A stretch of DNA of 63,653 bases, filler included, from Octopus bimaculoides (lineage: Eukaryota): assembly GCF_001194135.2 (NCBI RefSeq). It is 5 parts of 4 records of this genome, joined end to end, with 100 filler letters (N's around TTAATTAATTAA, not from the genome) between each part and the next. Parts side by side here need not be neighbours in the genome. Positions count along the whole stretch, not along the records: positions 24,088 to 48,293 come from NC_068998.1; positions 48,394 to 53,314 come from NC_068986.1; positions 53,415 to 60,575 come from NC_068986.1; positions 60,676 to 63,653 come from NC_068997.1; 1 more part is not named here. The stretch is one strand, 5' to 3'. The number at the start of each line of letters is the position of its first letter. Positions within the stretch are counted from its first letter, which is position 1. The notes beneath the pieces were generated by a model. The model ran no database searches. It was not told the DNA's origin and saw only the letters and a list, made by a program, of their open reading frames with translations. The position numbers and the translations under genes are program-made. Positions 47,385 to 60,709 of the stretch are shown one piece after another.

Positions 47385-48160
47385 AGGCGACGAGCTGACA
47401 GAATCGTTAGCATACCGAGAAAAATGTGTAGCAGCATTTCGTTCGTCTTTACATTTTGAGTATAAATTCCGCCGAGGTCGACTTTGCCTTTCATCCTTTC
47501 GGGGTAGATAAAATAAGTACCAGTTGAACATTGGAGTCCATAACTTATCCCTCTCTCGAAATTGCTGGCCGTGTACCAAAATTTGAAACCGATATTATAC
47601 CATTATGTAAATGAATCGCACTTCAGAGTATATCTATTTATATTTTTCCCCACCCCCACCCGATACTATCACTTGACATGTTGGGAAGAGTAAGTTATAT
47701 TCATCCAGCTGAATTGTCAGGTAACAATAACGCCGACCTCATAAGCAGATGCAGAAAAGTCCCTCGCGAAGTGGTGTAGCTACTTGATAACAACAACATT
47801 AAATACATACAGGTATATAACTTCGTTTATTTATTTTCTGATAGCTTATCTTTCTGTTTCTTACCCCTCATATACTGGGTGGAGCTTTCAAGTTGTATGT
47901 GACTTCCTGTATCAATGTATTTGAACATATCTAAATTAATCACAATAAGTTAAGCCGGCGAGCTGGCACAGTCGTTAGGACGCTGGACAAAATACTTGGC
48001 GGCATCTCTTCAGGTTCTGAGTTCTAATTCAGCCGATGTGATTCTGCCTTTTATTCTAATGGAATCGAGAAAAATAAGTACCAGTTTAGTACTGGAAGTC
48101 AATGTAATCGACTAGCCATACTTCTCCCAATCTTTCAGGCCCTGTGTTGATAGCAGAAAG
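47385..48160 (+). mobile_element. Two further SINE B copies (~47385-47590, ~47950-48160)
   Basis: Heads ggcgacgagctgacagaatcgttagc and ccggcgagctggcacagtcgttagg. Confidence 0.75.
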
Positions 48161-48725
48161 TAATTAATTACACAAAGTGTTCATTAGGATAGTATTGTGC
48201 TAACGAATTAGTTCGGAACTTTAACCGAGTCTCAGCCCCCTGCCTCCACATTAACTGCCTGGCCTACTCCCTTTCGCCCCAGCTCTACCCCCCNNNNNNN
48301 NNNNNNNNNNNNNNNNNNNNNNNNNNNNNNNNNNNNNTTAATTAATTAANNNNNNNNNNNNNNNNNNNNNNNNNNNNNNNNNNNNNNNNNNNNAAATAGA
48401 TCACATCTTGTGTCTCAACATGTTGAGAACAATTTAGGTCTTAATAGACACAAGATGTGATCTATTTCTAGCACATTAATTGTCCACGTTAGTGGTCAAC
48501 GTTATTTTTTTTAAATGTACCTTAATCCCCTGAGATTGCAGATACTATTTCTGAATCTCTTTGATTCTTTAGATGTGCTGGCCTCCTGATAATTAATCGA
48601 TATTAATTAATATATGATTAATTACCAGACTTTATAATTATATATATATATATATACATATATTCTTTTACATTATTTACATTATTTACATTTGACGGAT
48701 ATTTGTCCTCATCTTGTTTGTTGTT

Positions 48726-48771
48726 AACGCAACGTTTCGGCTGATATACCCTCCAGCCTTCGTCAGGTGTC
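48726..48771 (-). ncRNA. Minimal type I hammerhead ribozyme motif (copy D) in the PLE 3' terminus
   Basis: GACAC-CUGACGA-A-GGCUG..CAGCC-GAAA-CGUU-GCGUU; one stem I mismatch. Confidence 0.6.
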
Positions 48772-48850
48772 TTGGGGAAATTTCGAACCTGGGTTCTCAT
48801 TCCTAACGATGTTACTATTATTATATTATTATTATTATTATTATTAATCA

Positions 48851-48922
48851 GGTCGTTGCCGTGAATCGAACTCGGAATCTAGGGGTTAGTAGCCCGCGCT
48901 CTTAACCACTACGCCATATGCC
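48851..48922 (-). promoter_or_regulatory. tRNA-derived Pol III internal promoter cassette in the PLE 3' UTR
   Basis: A box TGGCGTAGTGG, anticodon-like arm GGG-CTACTAA-CCC, B box GAGTTCGATTC; the acceptor stem does not close. Confidence 0.7.
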
Positions 48923-51900
48923 CGTGGGCAATTATGGAGTGGATTTTAGGGCTTATAAATCTATTATTTTTCTATCCTTCCTCAATACCGGTTCCCATAT
49001 GCTATTCATATCTGCACTCGGTCTGCTTAGGAGGTTGTTGTGTCCTAGCATATGTGCTGCTTCTTTTAGTTTTCGTATTTTTCAGTGTTGTTCCCTGTCT
49101 ATTATTTTAACTTCATCCCACGGGTGGAGGTGCTCTCCATTTTACCATACATGATCAGCTATACCTCGTGTCACAGCTTTGCGATGTTCTTCTACCCTTA
49201 TTTTGAGGGGGCGCCATGTTTCGCCTTTGTATAACCTACCACAGCTGCATGGGATGGAGTACACGCAGTTTTTGATCATATTCTCTTCTGTTGGTGGTTT
49301 TACCCGAAGGAGATATTTGCGAAGCGTTGTATTGCTCTTGAATACTGCCCTGATGTCATATGGGCCGCATATCTTTTGTATCTTTTCGGAGAGGCCTTTC
49401 ACATAGGGTAGACAGACTGTAGACAGTTTATTGGTTTCATCCTCTCTTTTCTTCATAATTGGAGTAGATAGTATGTTCTTGGGGTAGTTGTTTCTTAATA
49501 NNNNNNNNNNNNNNNNNNNNNNNNNNNNNNNNNNNNNNNNNNNNNNNNNNNNNNNNNNNNNNNNNNNNNNNNNNNNNNNNNNNNNNNNNNNNNNNNNNNN
49601 NNNNNNNNNNNNNNNNNNNNNNNNNNNNNNNNNNNNNNNNNNNNNNNNNNNNNNNNNNNNNNNNNNNNNNNNNNNNNNNNNNNNNNNNNNNNNNNNNNNN
49701 NNNNNNNNNNNNNNNNNNNNNNNNNNNNNNNNNNNNNNNNNNNNNNNNNNNNNNNNNNNNNNNNNNNNNNNNNNNNNNNNNNNNNNNNNNNNNNNNNNNN
49801 NNNNNNNNNNNNNNNNNNNNNNNNNNNNNNNNNNNNNNNNNNNNNNNNNNNNNNNNNNNNNNNNNNNNNNNNNNNNNNNNNNNNNNNNNNNNNNNNNNNN
49901 NNNNNNNNNNNNNNNNNNNNNNNNNNNNNNNNNNNNNNNNNNNNNNNNNNNNNNNNNNNNNNNNNNNNNNNNNNNNNNNNNNNNNNNNNNNNNNNNNNNN
50001 NNNNNNNNNNNNNNNNNNNNNNNNNNNNNNNNNNNNNNNNNNNNNNNNNNNNNNNNNNNNNNNNNNNNNNNNNNNNNNNNNNNNNNNNNNNNNNNNNNNN
50101 NNNNNNNNACAGCTCACTATAGGTCTTAGTGGAATGCCATCCTTGTGAATCTTAGGGAGACCGTACATGTGTGGTAGTTTACTGTAGTGTTGAGTCAGCT
50201 GTCTGTACTTCATTGGTGTGAAGTGATCCTTGTTCTTGATCAAGATCTGTGACAACTTCCTCTGTTTTCAGAGTTGGGTCTTTCTTTACTCTACTGTAGC
50301 TACCATCACTTATAAGACTTGCCAATTTTTCGGAGTAGTCAGACTTGTTCATCACCACTGTGGCATTTCCCTTGTCCGCTGGGAGTATTATGATGGAATT
50401 GTCTCTTTGTAGCCTTTTGATAGCGAACTTTTCTTCCTTAGTGATGTTTGGTTTGGGAAGTTTCGCTTTTTCCAGTACCTGTCTCACCTTCCACCTTAGT
50501 TCATCTAGCTGAGCTTTTGGTATCTTTACGGCTATCTCTTCAATAGGGGCTATTATGTCCAAGTATGGAATGCGCTTGATGGTTGTCGCAAAGGACAACC
50601 GATTTCACGACGATATGGTTGTGAAGCGAAGTTTTTGTGAGACCGATTTCACGACGATATGGTTGTGAAGCGAAGTTTTCAATCACACTTCCATCCCTGC
50701 ACCTGCTACTAATGTCTTTTTTCTCTGAGGAATTTGTGATATTCTTCAAGCTATTTCAACTGATTAGACTAACTCTTTCTTTTTCTCCAGCATTTCCCTC
50801 CTACTCTCTGCAATTATTTTTTCCCCGCCTAATCTCCGCTTTTTTCCTATTGTTAAGCCATTCATTCTCCATTTCTTTCATCTTCAGACCACCCTAATAT
50901 CAGCCGTCAGTCTCTAATTATGGCTTCTGTTTTCTTTGGTTATTTTCTTCTTTTTCTTCTTTCGTGTCTTGAATTTGTAGCTTACTCTCGACAATCTTTC
51001 TGCTGTCCTGTTACCTTTTCTCTTGACAGCATTTTCTTGCTCCTCATCGTTTTTCTAATACCTCCCTCTTTTTATTCTTCTTCTTCCATACCATCATCTA
51101 TAGATTATCTTTTCGTGTGGTAAACATGAAATATCAAACATTGAGAAGGTTAATCGTCGTTTGCATCTGCATAAATCAATCACCAAGTATAAGCATAAAA
51201 CTGGTTATGTTAGTGAGGTGTGGTGAAAAAAAAATGCCATAACGTTTTTTTCAGATTTTCTCATTCTTCACTATAGAACTCGGCTTCAGACTTGAGATAT
51301 TTCTTCATGTCATTGTGATACACTGACCTCAGTTGAATCGACTTAAATTAATTCTCGCTTCTTTTCATAAAGCATCAGAGTTGCAACAGAGTCACATGAG
51401 GAATGCTAATCAGATATGTTGTAGCAGAGGCGAGAAAGAAAGTAAAAGTAATCTGCAGGTCAAGATTTTTTCATAAGTTTTGTAGCATGAACTATGCTTT
51501 CTATATCGAACTCTTTAGCTTGGTAATCAGCTTTCGTTGATTAATCTCTATCATCCTCGTAAAAGAAAATTTCATTATCGTTAAACTGACACTTGCTGAG
51601 TATATGACTTTGAACTAACTTCATTATCAATGTATGGTTTATCTCTTCTTGCAGATGTGGGAGTTTATCCCCGCTAGCAAATATAGAATTTATATTCTCT
51701 AAATAGGATCACTGTTCTATGAAGAGTTTCTCCTGTTTCATCCCACTTGGCTTGTTCCATCACTAATAGTTGATACGTAACAGTTACTAAAGTTATCTCA
51801 AATGCATTGACAATAACGATTATTATGCTAATAATAATAATAACATACGCGCTGGTTCAATATCATTTCTTTATTATTTAATGTGCTGGTTCTACCCCAT

Positions 51901-52203
51901 GAGTTCCGAACGGAAAGTCCACCCACCATCACATCGGCAGCGAAGAAGAGCGCCACAGAACCCTGGAGTGGCCGGACAATACCCACCTAGGATCCAGAGA
52001 ACAGCAATCAGGTGAAAAAGATGGTTGCACACGCCCCTGGCGGGGCAGAATCCGCACACTAAACAAACGATCGATTATTTAATTAGCACATTAAACAAAT
52101 AATTGATTACTTAATCGGTTAGATATTTAACCAATTGGCTAACAATAAAGAACCAATGCGTGTGTTATTACTACTGGCAAAATGACCCTCCCAAGACACA
52201 ACA

Positions 52204-52248
<45 letters not shown>

Positions 52249-53266
52249 NNNNNNNNNNNNNNNNNNNNNNNNNNNNNNNNNNNNNNNNNNNNNNNNNNNN
52301 NNNNNNNNNNNNNNNNNNNNNNNNNNNNNNNNNNNNNNNNNNNNNNNNNNNNNNNNNNNNNNNNNNNNNNNNNNNNNNNNNNNNNNNNNNNNNNNNNNNN
52401 NNNNNNNNNNNNNNNNNNNNNNNNNNNNNNNNNNNNNNNNNNNNNNNNNNNNNNNNNNNNNNNNNNNNNNNNNNNNNNNNNNNNNNNNNNNNNNNNNNNN
52501 NNNNNNNNNNNNNNNNNNNNNNNNNNNNNNNNNNNNNNNNNNNNNNNNNNNNNNNNNNNNNNNNNNNNNNNNNNNNNNNNNNNNNNNNNNNNNNNNNNNN
52601 NNNNNNNNNNNNNNNNNNNNNNNNNNNNNNNNNNNNNNNNNNNNNNNNNNNNNNNNNNNNNNNNNNNNNNNNNNNNNNNNNNNNNNNNNNNNNNNNNNNN
52701 NNNNNNNNNNNNNNNNNNNNNNNNNNNNNNNNNNNNNNNNNNNNNNNNNNNNNNNNNNNNNNNNNNNNNNNNNNNNNNNNNNNNNNNNNNNNNNNNNNNN
52801 NNNNNNNNNNNNNNNNNNNNNNNNNNNNNNNNNNNNNNNNNNNCCACCATCGCTTGACAACTGATGTTGGTGTATTTAGGTCCCTGTAACTTAGCAGTTC
52901 GGCAAAAGAGGTCGATAGAATAAGTACTAGGCTTACAAAGAATAAGTCCTGGGTTGAATTTGTTCGACTAAAGGTGGTGCTCCGAAGTCGCGTATTGTCC
53001 ATGCCTTCGAAACGCGGAGTAGATGAAACAGGGGCAACTGACGAAGGGGTATACTCTTTATGATGCATGTCTCATTTCTCTGTTTGTTTTTTTTTTCGTT
53101 GTTTGAAAAAAAGTTCGTTTTCTATGTTTTCGTTTTTATGTTTTCGTTTCTCATTGTGTTCAACGTTTTCTTGATGTCCTTTACCCATATATGCATGTAT
53201 ATATACATATATATGTAGATATGTACATATATGTATGGATATATGCATACATTTATATATTATTTA

Positions 53267-53314
<48 letters not shown>

Positions 53315-54438
53315 NNNNNNNNNNNNNNNNNNNNNNNNNNNNNNNNNNNNNNNNNNNNTTAATTAATTAANNNNNNNNNNNNNNNNNNNNNNNNNNNNNN
53401 NNNNNNNNNNNNNNGTATGTGTTAGTTTCTAGCTAAAAGAAGAAAAAGAAAGTAATTGTTTCGTTTTGGGATTTGGTTTGCAAGATTCTTTATGTGAGTT
53501 CGTGTGTTGAAGCATATTCTGTTGTGTCTGGGGAGAGTCATTTTCTTTTTGTGCCTTATAATTTAACACACTCACCGGTAAAATTTCCACTGAAAATGTT
53601 GCAAGACGCAACGAAAATTTTAGAAAAATAAGTGGAAATTTTATCGGTGAGTTTGTTAAATTATAAGGCACAAAAAAGAGAATGACTCACCCCAGGCACA
53701 ACAGGAAGTAATTGTGTTCGCGATTAACTAATTTCCTATCAGTATTCCTACTGTGCATGTTGACACTTCAGCACAGTGAAATAAGGTTTTGGTTCAGTGA
53801 AATTGTGGCTTTGAGAGATGAATGGTTCCTGCTGCCTTTCGTTTATTGCTTAATACATTCAGCAACGCATTGTAGAAACGGGAACGATGATATCAGATAG
53901 GAGTGGACTTAGCTTGAAACCTTGCACAAACTCATCCACTCCATTATTGCATCTCGACAGATGTTTCATTCTGTTGTTGCTGTTGTTTCTCAAGTGAGTA
54001 ATTTTATCTATCTTCATTATATATTACATGAGCTGACTTCAATGTCAGTCCCATACGATACCTAAGCCGTATTTCTTTTACGNNNNNNNNNNTAGGCCCC
54101 CCCCCCCGTCTTTATTATTTATTCTATTCATTTATTTGTTCTTCACAAAAGCACGACTCAGATTCTTTTGATCAAGGAAGTTTGCAAGTGATATATAATT
54201 TAACTTTGTAAATGATACACTTTTTTTTAGACCAGTTAAATTTAGCCGATATCCTATACGGGTGTCCGGTTGAAGGCTGCTAAATGCTATAAGTTTACAC
54301 ATCTCTTATTTAACTACATCTTTCAGGTTTCAGTAGATTCGGGTATTACTGCAGTTTATCAAGAGCTGCTAACATGGAGGTGTATGTTTTGTAAAACGTA
54401 AAAGCCAGCAACAAATATTTCTATAACTTACTCTAAAA

Positions 54439-54690
54439 CAAGGGTGTCAAACTCAATCGCACAGGGGGCCAAAACTCAAACCACACTTAAGGTTGCGGGC
54501 CGAACTGGATAAACATTCATTAAAAAGCGGGAAACTAAACCTTTTTTAAACAATGATATGGATTAAAACAGACAAAAATTAAGATAATAGCAAATCAATG
54601 AATACCAATTTTCGCTCTTACAGCAATTTGTCAGAGCTGGATGTTTGGCATCTTTTCTTGGTCGCTTGCAAATATATTCGAGTGACGCGC
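54439..54690 (-). mobile_element. hAT (Charlie/SPIN-like) transposon end with transposase C-terminal remnant
   Basis: TIR-like caagggtgtcaaactc; the - strand reads ...KKRCQTS..., resembling the KRCQVS terminus of such transposases. Confidence 0.45.
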
Positions 54691-55754
54691 CAATAAGAAA
54701 GAGCTCCTGTGTAGCCATTCAACTTGCTAGAAATAACGGCTAAATCCTCCTCGAACAAATCATGCCGTCATAGAAAAAGCGAAGGAATATTGCATTGTGT
54801 AATTCTGAAATAAACTGTCTGAAAGGACGAGATGGTCATGGTTGGAATGTCTTTAACCATCGGTTTGTTCGACCAGGGCTGATATAGTATTTAAAGATCA
54901 ACAATAGATACATTAGAAGTAGTGCTGTTGTCTCGTCACTGTTATCAACGGGAGCACTAGAAATGACGTGTGTCTTTCGTTGTGAGATTTACAAATAGTA
55001 ATTTTCTAATGATCACCTTAGTTATACATTCTGGACATGGCACCTCAGGGAGGACAAATGTCATTGTGACATTCATAGCTTTCCCAATATATATAAGCAG
55101 TCCCCATAAGGTGAAATAGCTTCAACTGGGAACTGAAACCATGTCACAAGATGTTATAAGTAACGTTTTATTACCTCACACCTTCCATGATTTGATTATA
55201 TTGAACTCGAACATTTTAAAATGGTTTCCTGAGAAGGAGTGGGCAGTTTCCATCATTCTTGCCGGTTCGTTTAAACAAAGGGATTAATATTCAGTTTGAC
55301 CTGCTGTTTTTTTCTATTTCCCTTTCTGTTTTGATGAAAGACCAGCGTCCAAAACGTCAATTTATCTTTGCTTCCACAGCGTTCAATACATTGGCTTTAC
55401 AGTTTGTCCGTGTTTTTTTTTACATTTTACACTTAACCATGTCCGACCTGCATATTAGTTTCTCTCTTTTCATCTCACATTTTCCTCAAATTTCTGTTCC
55501 GTGTTGATCACTTTAATGAATACGATAGTTTAGGCGAAATCATTGAGGTGAAACCAAAATTCGCCTCACTTGTGTATTTTAAAGGAGTGGCCGACGTTTA
55601 TTTGGGTTTTTTTCCCCTTTTTTCTTTAAATCGCTATAGAAAAAAAAAAATGTGAAAATAGAGGGAAAAAATTGAAGGGAAGACTGGCAGGAGACATCAC
55701 CATTCTTGCTGTCCTGCTTCCCAACAAAGGCTGCTATTTTTCCTCGAAATATGA

Positions 55755-55796
<42 letters not shown>

Positions 55797-56261
55797 CATT
55801 ATTATTATTATTATTATGTCCTACTTCCATTTCGTTTCATGGTCTACTTCCGCCTGTTTGTCTTGGTGATGAAATGGTAATGGATCACGGATAGAAAGAA
55901 CGTTCATTGAAGAGGGGTGAGAAAGGGGCGGGGGAGGAAGGGGAAAGAAAGCTAAGAGAAGATATAAGAGATTAATATTCCAACTGAACAGCCGTGAGTT
56001 CGTTTTCTGACAAGGGCATTGGTGTTGTGTGTAATTAAAAGCTTTGTGGAATACTGAGTTGTTGCTGTTTATCATGTATTATAGAATTATTTTAAGGTAA
56101 TGTAGTCTAGTTTAAAAAAATGTACATGTTATACAGTATGCCCCATCGGTATGCCAGATTTTCTAACATAAACCATATTTAAATGAAATGATCTAATCCA
56201 CTCATGGGCGACTGGCGGCTCGCAGGACTTTCTGAGCGGCACGCACAACGAATATTATACT

Positions 56262-56460
56262 ATCTTTACTCTTTACTCTTTTACTTGTTTCAGTCATCTG
56301 ACTGCGGCCATGCTGGGGCACCGCCTTTAGTCGAACAAATCGACCCCAGGACTTATTCTTTGGAAGCCTAGTACTTATTCTATCGGTCTCTTTTGCCGAA
56401 CCGCTAAGTTACGGGGACGTAAACACACCAGCATCAGTTGACAAGCGATGTTGGGAGGTA

Positions 56461-56500
<40 letters not shown>

Positions 56501-56509
56501 TATATAAAT

Positions 56510-56549
<40 letters not shown>

Positions 56550-56728
56550 GCATACATACATATATACGACGGGCTACTTTCAGTTTCCGTCTACCAAATC
56601 CACTCACAAGGCTTTGGTCGGCCCGAGGTTATAGTATAAAACACTTGCCCAAGGTGCCACGCAGTGGGAATGAACCCGGAACCATGTGGTTGGTAAGCAA
56701 GCTACTTACCACACAGCCACTCCTGCGC
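56262..56728 (-). mobile_element. SINE family A, full length and CpG-intact
   Basis: From ggagtggctgtgtggtaagtagc to the tail gactgaaacaagtaaaagagtaaaagagt. Further copies at 52845-52985 (+, 3' part) and 61085-61850 (-, spans a gap). Confidence 0.88.
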
Positions 56729-56822
56729 CTTGAATGTTTTTGTAGTATCACGGCCCGCTTCTTGGAAAATGTTGCACATACCTGGTGTAATCTATCTGAC
56801 ATTCTTTATGTGCAGAACACAT

Positions 56823-57200
56823 GGAAGTGCAATGGTCCAGTGGTTAGGGCAGCGGACTCGCGGATGTGGGATCGCGGTTTCGATTCCCAGACCGAGCGTT
56901 GTGAGTGTTTGAGCGAAAACACCTAAAGTTTCATGAGACTCCGGTACGGGATGGTGGCGAACCCTGCTGCATTCTTTCACCACAACTTTCTCTTACTCTT
57001 TCTTCCTGTTTCTGTTGTACCTGTATTTCAAAGGGGCCGGCCTTGTCACACTCTGTGTCACGCTGAATATCCCCGAGAACTACGTTAAGGGTACACGTGT
57101 CTGTGAAGTGCTCATCCACTTGCACGTTAATTTCACGAGCAGGCTGTTTCGTTGATTGGATCAACTGGAACCCTCGTCGTCGTAACCGACGGAGTGCCAC
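56823..57200 (+). mobile_element. SINE family C, full length
   Basis: ggaagtgcaatggtccagtggttagggcagcggactcgcgg...ggtttcgattccc...acggagtgcc. Confidence 0.85.
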
Positions 57201-57469
57201 GGACAAGAACACACAGCCCCTCCCCCCGCCACACAGTTTTTCATTTAAACTGGCACCGGGATGAATGAGAAACAAACCCTTAGAATACTTTAGAATTGAA
57301 TGTTAACTAAGTGATGCGAATTTGCATTAACCGAAAATCGAACCCCAATGTCCATCTTCACCTTCAAGCTCGAAGATGACATTACAAAGCCGGTTGCATA
57401 AAGTTTGTTGGTTTACGAAGAAATCGATGAAAAAGTAAAGAATAAAGGAAATATAGAAATATCCAGGGG

Positions 57470-57619
57470 CAAGTGTGGCTGTGCAATTTGCTTCTAATCC
57501 ACGTGGTTCTGGGTTCAATCCCACTGCGTGGCACCTTGGTCAAGTGTCTTCTGCTATAGCCTCAGGCTGACGAAAGCCTTGTGAGTGGATTAGGTAGAAG
57601 GAAACTGAAAGAAGCCTGT

Positions 57620-57664
<45 letters not shown>

Positions 57665-57870
57665 TATCACTGCTTGGCAACTGGCGTTGGTTTGTTTACA
57701 TCGACGTAACTTAGCGCTTCGGCAAAAAAGAAACCGATCGAATAAGTACCAGGCTTAAGAGAAAGAGAATTTAGTCTTGGGATCGATTTATTCATTCAAC
57801 TAAAAAAAATTCTTCAAGGTAGTGCCCCAGCATGACCGCGTTCTAATGCCTAAAAGAAAGTGAAAGTAAA
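57470..57870 (+). mobile_element. SINE family A
   Basis: gtggctgtgc...gggttcaatcccactgcgtggcacc...gtgccccagcatgaccgcg. Confidence 0.8.
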
Positions 57871-59319
57871 AGAAGTCTTCCCCCTCCCTTCCGTTAAAAG
57901 ATTTATTGGGTGGGGTAAGGTAGAGCACTTCCTCCTTGACCTTCACCTTTCATTCCAAATCCAACTTGAAAAAGTCGAGGTGACAGGGAAGGAAGAGAGA
58001 GGGGGTTGACCAAAGAGGAAATTGCCTTCAGTCTGTTTTTTAGCTTCGGTCACCCCACATCCTCGCCACAGAGAAAAGATGTTGTATGTCCTTCCCAGGC
58101 TAAAGGAGGACGGTGGGGGTGAGGTGTTTATCCGTTCTGTACGAGACAACAGTTGTTCGAACAAATGCCATCAAAGTGACACTGAGGTAGAAATATACGA
58201 AGCCCAATATACCCGTCATGACTACCCGTCTGATAAGGGTACACCAGGCACATGCATCACAATCATATGTGTGCGATATGGTGACCTTATATCAAGATAC
58301 ACAGCGCATGACCTTGCAGATGGGGCCCGGTTAGAATTTTCTTCAGGTCGAGTAGCCCATCCCGCTCAAAAGGTTCCCGAATAAGGGTTGTTTAAGGATG
58401 TTGAGCAAAACACCCATGTTTTCAAAGGTGAATTATTCAAACCCCAAAGAACCCCTCTCAACACATGGCTATGATGCTCCCCCAACTACTTCTGCTCGTG
58501 ATCAGAGATGCACATATCGTCAGTCACTAAGGGACATGCTCAACTGGTTACGGTCAAACAACTGACAAGCAAATCTGTGGTGTTGTAGCCTATCTTTTAT
58601 ACCAAGACAAAACAGTATTACTATTGTTGTTGTTGTTGTTAGAGATTCTCTGTCTTTTTGTTTTTTTTTGTTTTGTTTTTTTCGTCTGTTATCTTTGGTC
58701 TTTGTCTTTGTTACATTCATCTCCTATTTCGTTTCTGCATCTTGGTTTTCTCTTGCTCCTCTCTCCTCCTATTCCTCCCTGTACCCCCTCCTCTACTATG
58801 TTGATCTATGTAAATGAAAGAATGTGTCATTATGTATAAACATGTGCCACCAACAGGTGTGTACGCGCACGCGAGCGTCTGTGTATGTGTGTGTGCGCGG
58901 GTGTGTATTTGTTTGTGTGCGTGTGTGTGTGACGGAAGGTCGGGGAAAGAGGCCGCCAAGTTTACTGACCGACAAAATAAGCCACACTTTTCGAACTGGA
59001 GAAAGACTGGGTGAGCGACAGGTGGGTTAGTTGTCTAGCGAAACATCAACATCATCATCATCATCATCATCATCATCGGCAGCAGCAGCAGCAGCGGCAG
59101 CTACAAGTAAAACAATTTTTATTAGCTACAAGGTCCACATGAATACACAAATATTACAGTAACACAGGCTTAAATAACACAATTCATATACGTGTGTTTG
59201 TGTTTGTGTGGGTTAACTTGTATCAGTTGCTAGTACACGGACTGGTCACGGCTGGATCGCATTTAACGATAAGAAAAAATGAAAGATATAACATCGGAGT
59301 CAGAGCGTAAATATCACAA

Positions 59320-59383
59320 GATGGGTAGAGATGGGTAGATAGATAGATGGATGGATGGATAGATAGATAGATAGATAGAAAGG

Positions 59384-59435
<52 letters not shown>

Positions 59436-59470
59436 GGGGTAGATAGATAGATTGATGAGTAGATAGATGG
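59320..59470. repeat. (GATA)n tetranucleotide microsatellite; a second GATA/GA array at ~63250-63430
   Basis: Read directly. Confidence 0.95.
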
Positions 59471-60675
59471 TTGGCTCGTAAGCGGGTGAAAGATAACTGA
59501 ACAGATAAGATTGATGAAAAGATAGATGGATGGTTTGTGTGATAGACAAGTTTGATACCAAGGTAAGGGGGAAAAACAAAAGAAAAGAAAAATCAATAAA
59601 GATAGAAGATGAGAAAGATTTAACGTTTCGTTAGTTTAGTTTATCCATTTATCCGGTTGGCTTAGAAGAAATAAGTGAAGTCAATCTTCTTGCGAACGAA
59701 CAAGCTTATAGCAAGATGTGACGACCGTCATATGAGATGACAAAGAAGACAGAAAATGGTGGCGGCGGGGAGGAAACGTAGATGACAGCGGACTGGAGTT
59801 GGAGGGGGGAGGCTTACAAAACAGGGTAAAGATGGCAGTGATGATGATGATGATGATGATGAAGGGAGTGAGGGCAGAGACAGGTTTTATGTGATGTGAT
59901 GTGTAAAGTTGATAGGGGGCAAAACGAAGTTGGTGAAGCTAAGGACAAAAATTTCTCATCCCTCGACCGTTGTCTAGAAATTGTAACCAGTGAAATTAGG
60001 TAAACAAAACATGCGTGACACCAATGCACTCGTTGTTGTTGTTGTTGTTGTTAGAGCAGATAACGTCACATGTGTGCGTGTTCAACATTTTTGTGGGTTT
60101 TTCTTGTTTTCTTGTATTTTCTAGTTTTACATTCGTTTTCGCTCTGCTATGCTAAGCACGTTTCTCCCTCTCCCCCTCTATCTAGTTTATATCTACCATA
60201 ATATCTATCTATCTATCTATCTACACAGAGAGAGAGAGAAAGATAGAGACAGACAGATAGAGAGGGGCTATCCTTCGGTATTGGTCTACAGACTGCCGGT
60301 GTTAGGAGACGATGTCACTCACCCTCCTTTTTCAGCCAAGCCACTTTATCTATGTCATGAAGGGAAGTTGTGAGTGAATGATGTCGTCTACCAATACCGA
60401 AAGTGTGTGTGTATGTGTGTGGGTGGGTCCGAAACAGTAAGGACTTCTGGTAACTTGACTGAAGAAAGAAGGCCACGAATAACCCGTCCTTTTTTCCCCC
60501 TGTCCGTCTTTGTATCGTCTATCTGTCCGAATGTTTTATTGTCCTCTATTGCGTTATATATATATATATATATATNNNNNNNNNNNNNNNNNNNNNNNNN
60601 NNNNNNNNNNNNNNNNNNNTTAATTAATTAANNNNNNNNNNNNNNNNNNNNNNNNNNNNNNNNNNNNNNNNNNNN

Positions 60676-60709
<34 letters not shown>

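Larger units (their letters stand above)
48665..51125 (-). mobile_element. Penelope-like element (Poseidon-like): degenerate RT plus GIY-YIG ORF and hammerhead-bearing 3' terminus; RT core hidden in gap 49501-50109
   Basis: LSFATTIKRIP...ILPADKGNATVVMNKSDY (50179-50598); LPHMYGLPKIHKDGIPLRPIVS; STVCLPYVKGLSEKI...VYSIPCSCGRLYKGETWRPLKIRVEEH. Read through two premature stops, the ORF ends at TAA 48953-48955. A ~44-bp direct duplication at ~50598-50679 disrupts the frame. Confidence 0.93.

Noticed and set aside
45243-48665. Idea that the upstream same-strand PLE created the intronless Odh
   Set aside because: They are 3.4 kb apart with intervening SINEs and gaps; there is no poly(A) scar, target duplication or shared junction.
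57566-57580. CTGACGAAAG hammerhead-like core
   Set aside because: It is a mutated SINE A position (consensus gccgaccaaagcc) with no downstream stem and GAAA.
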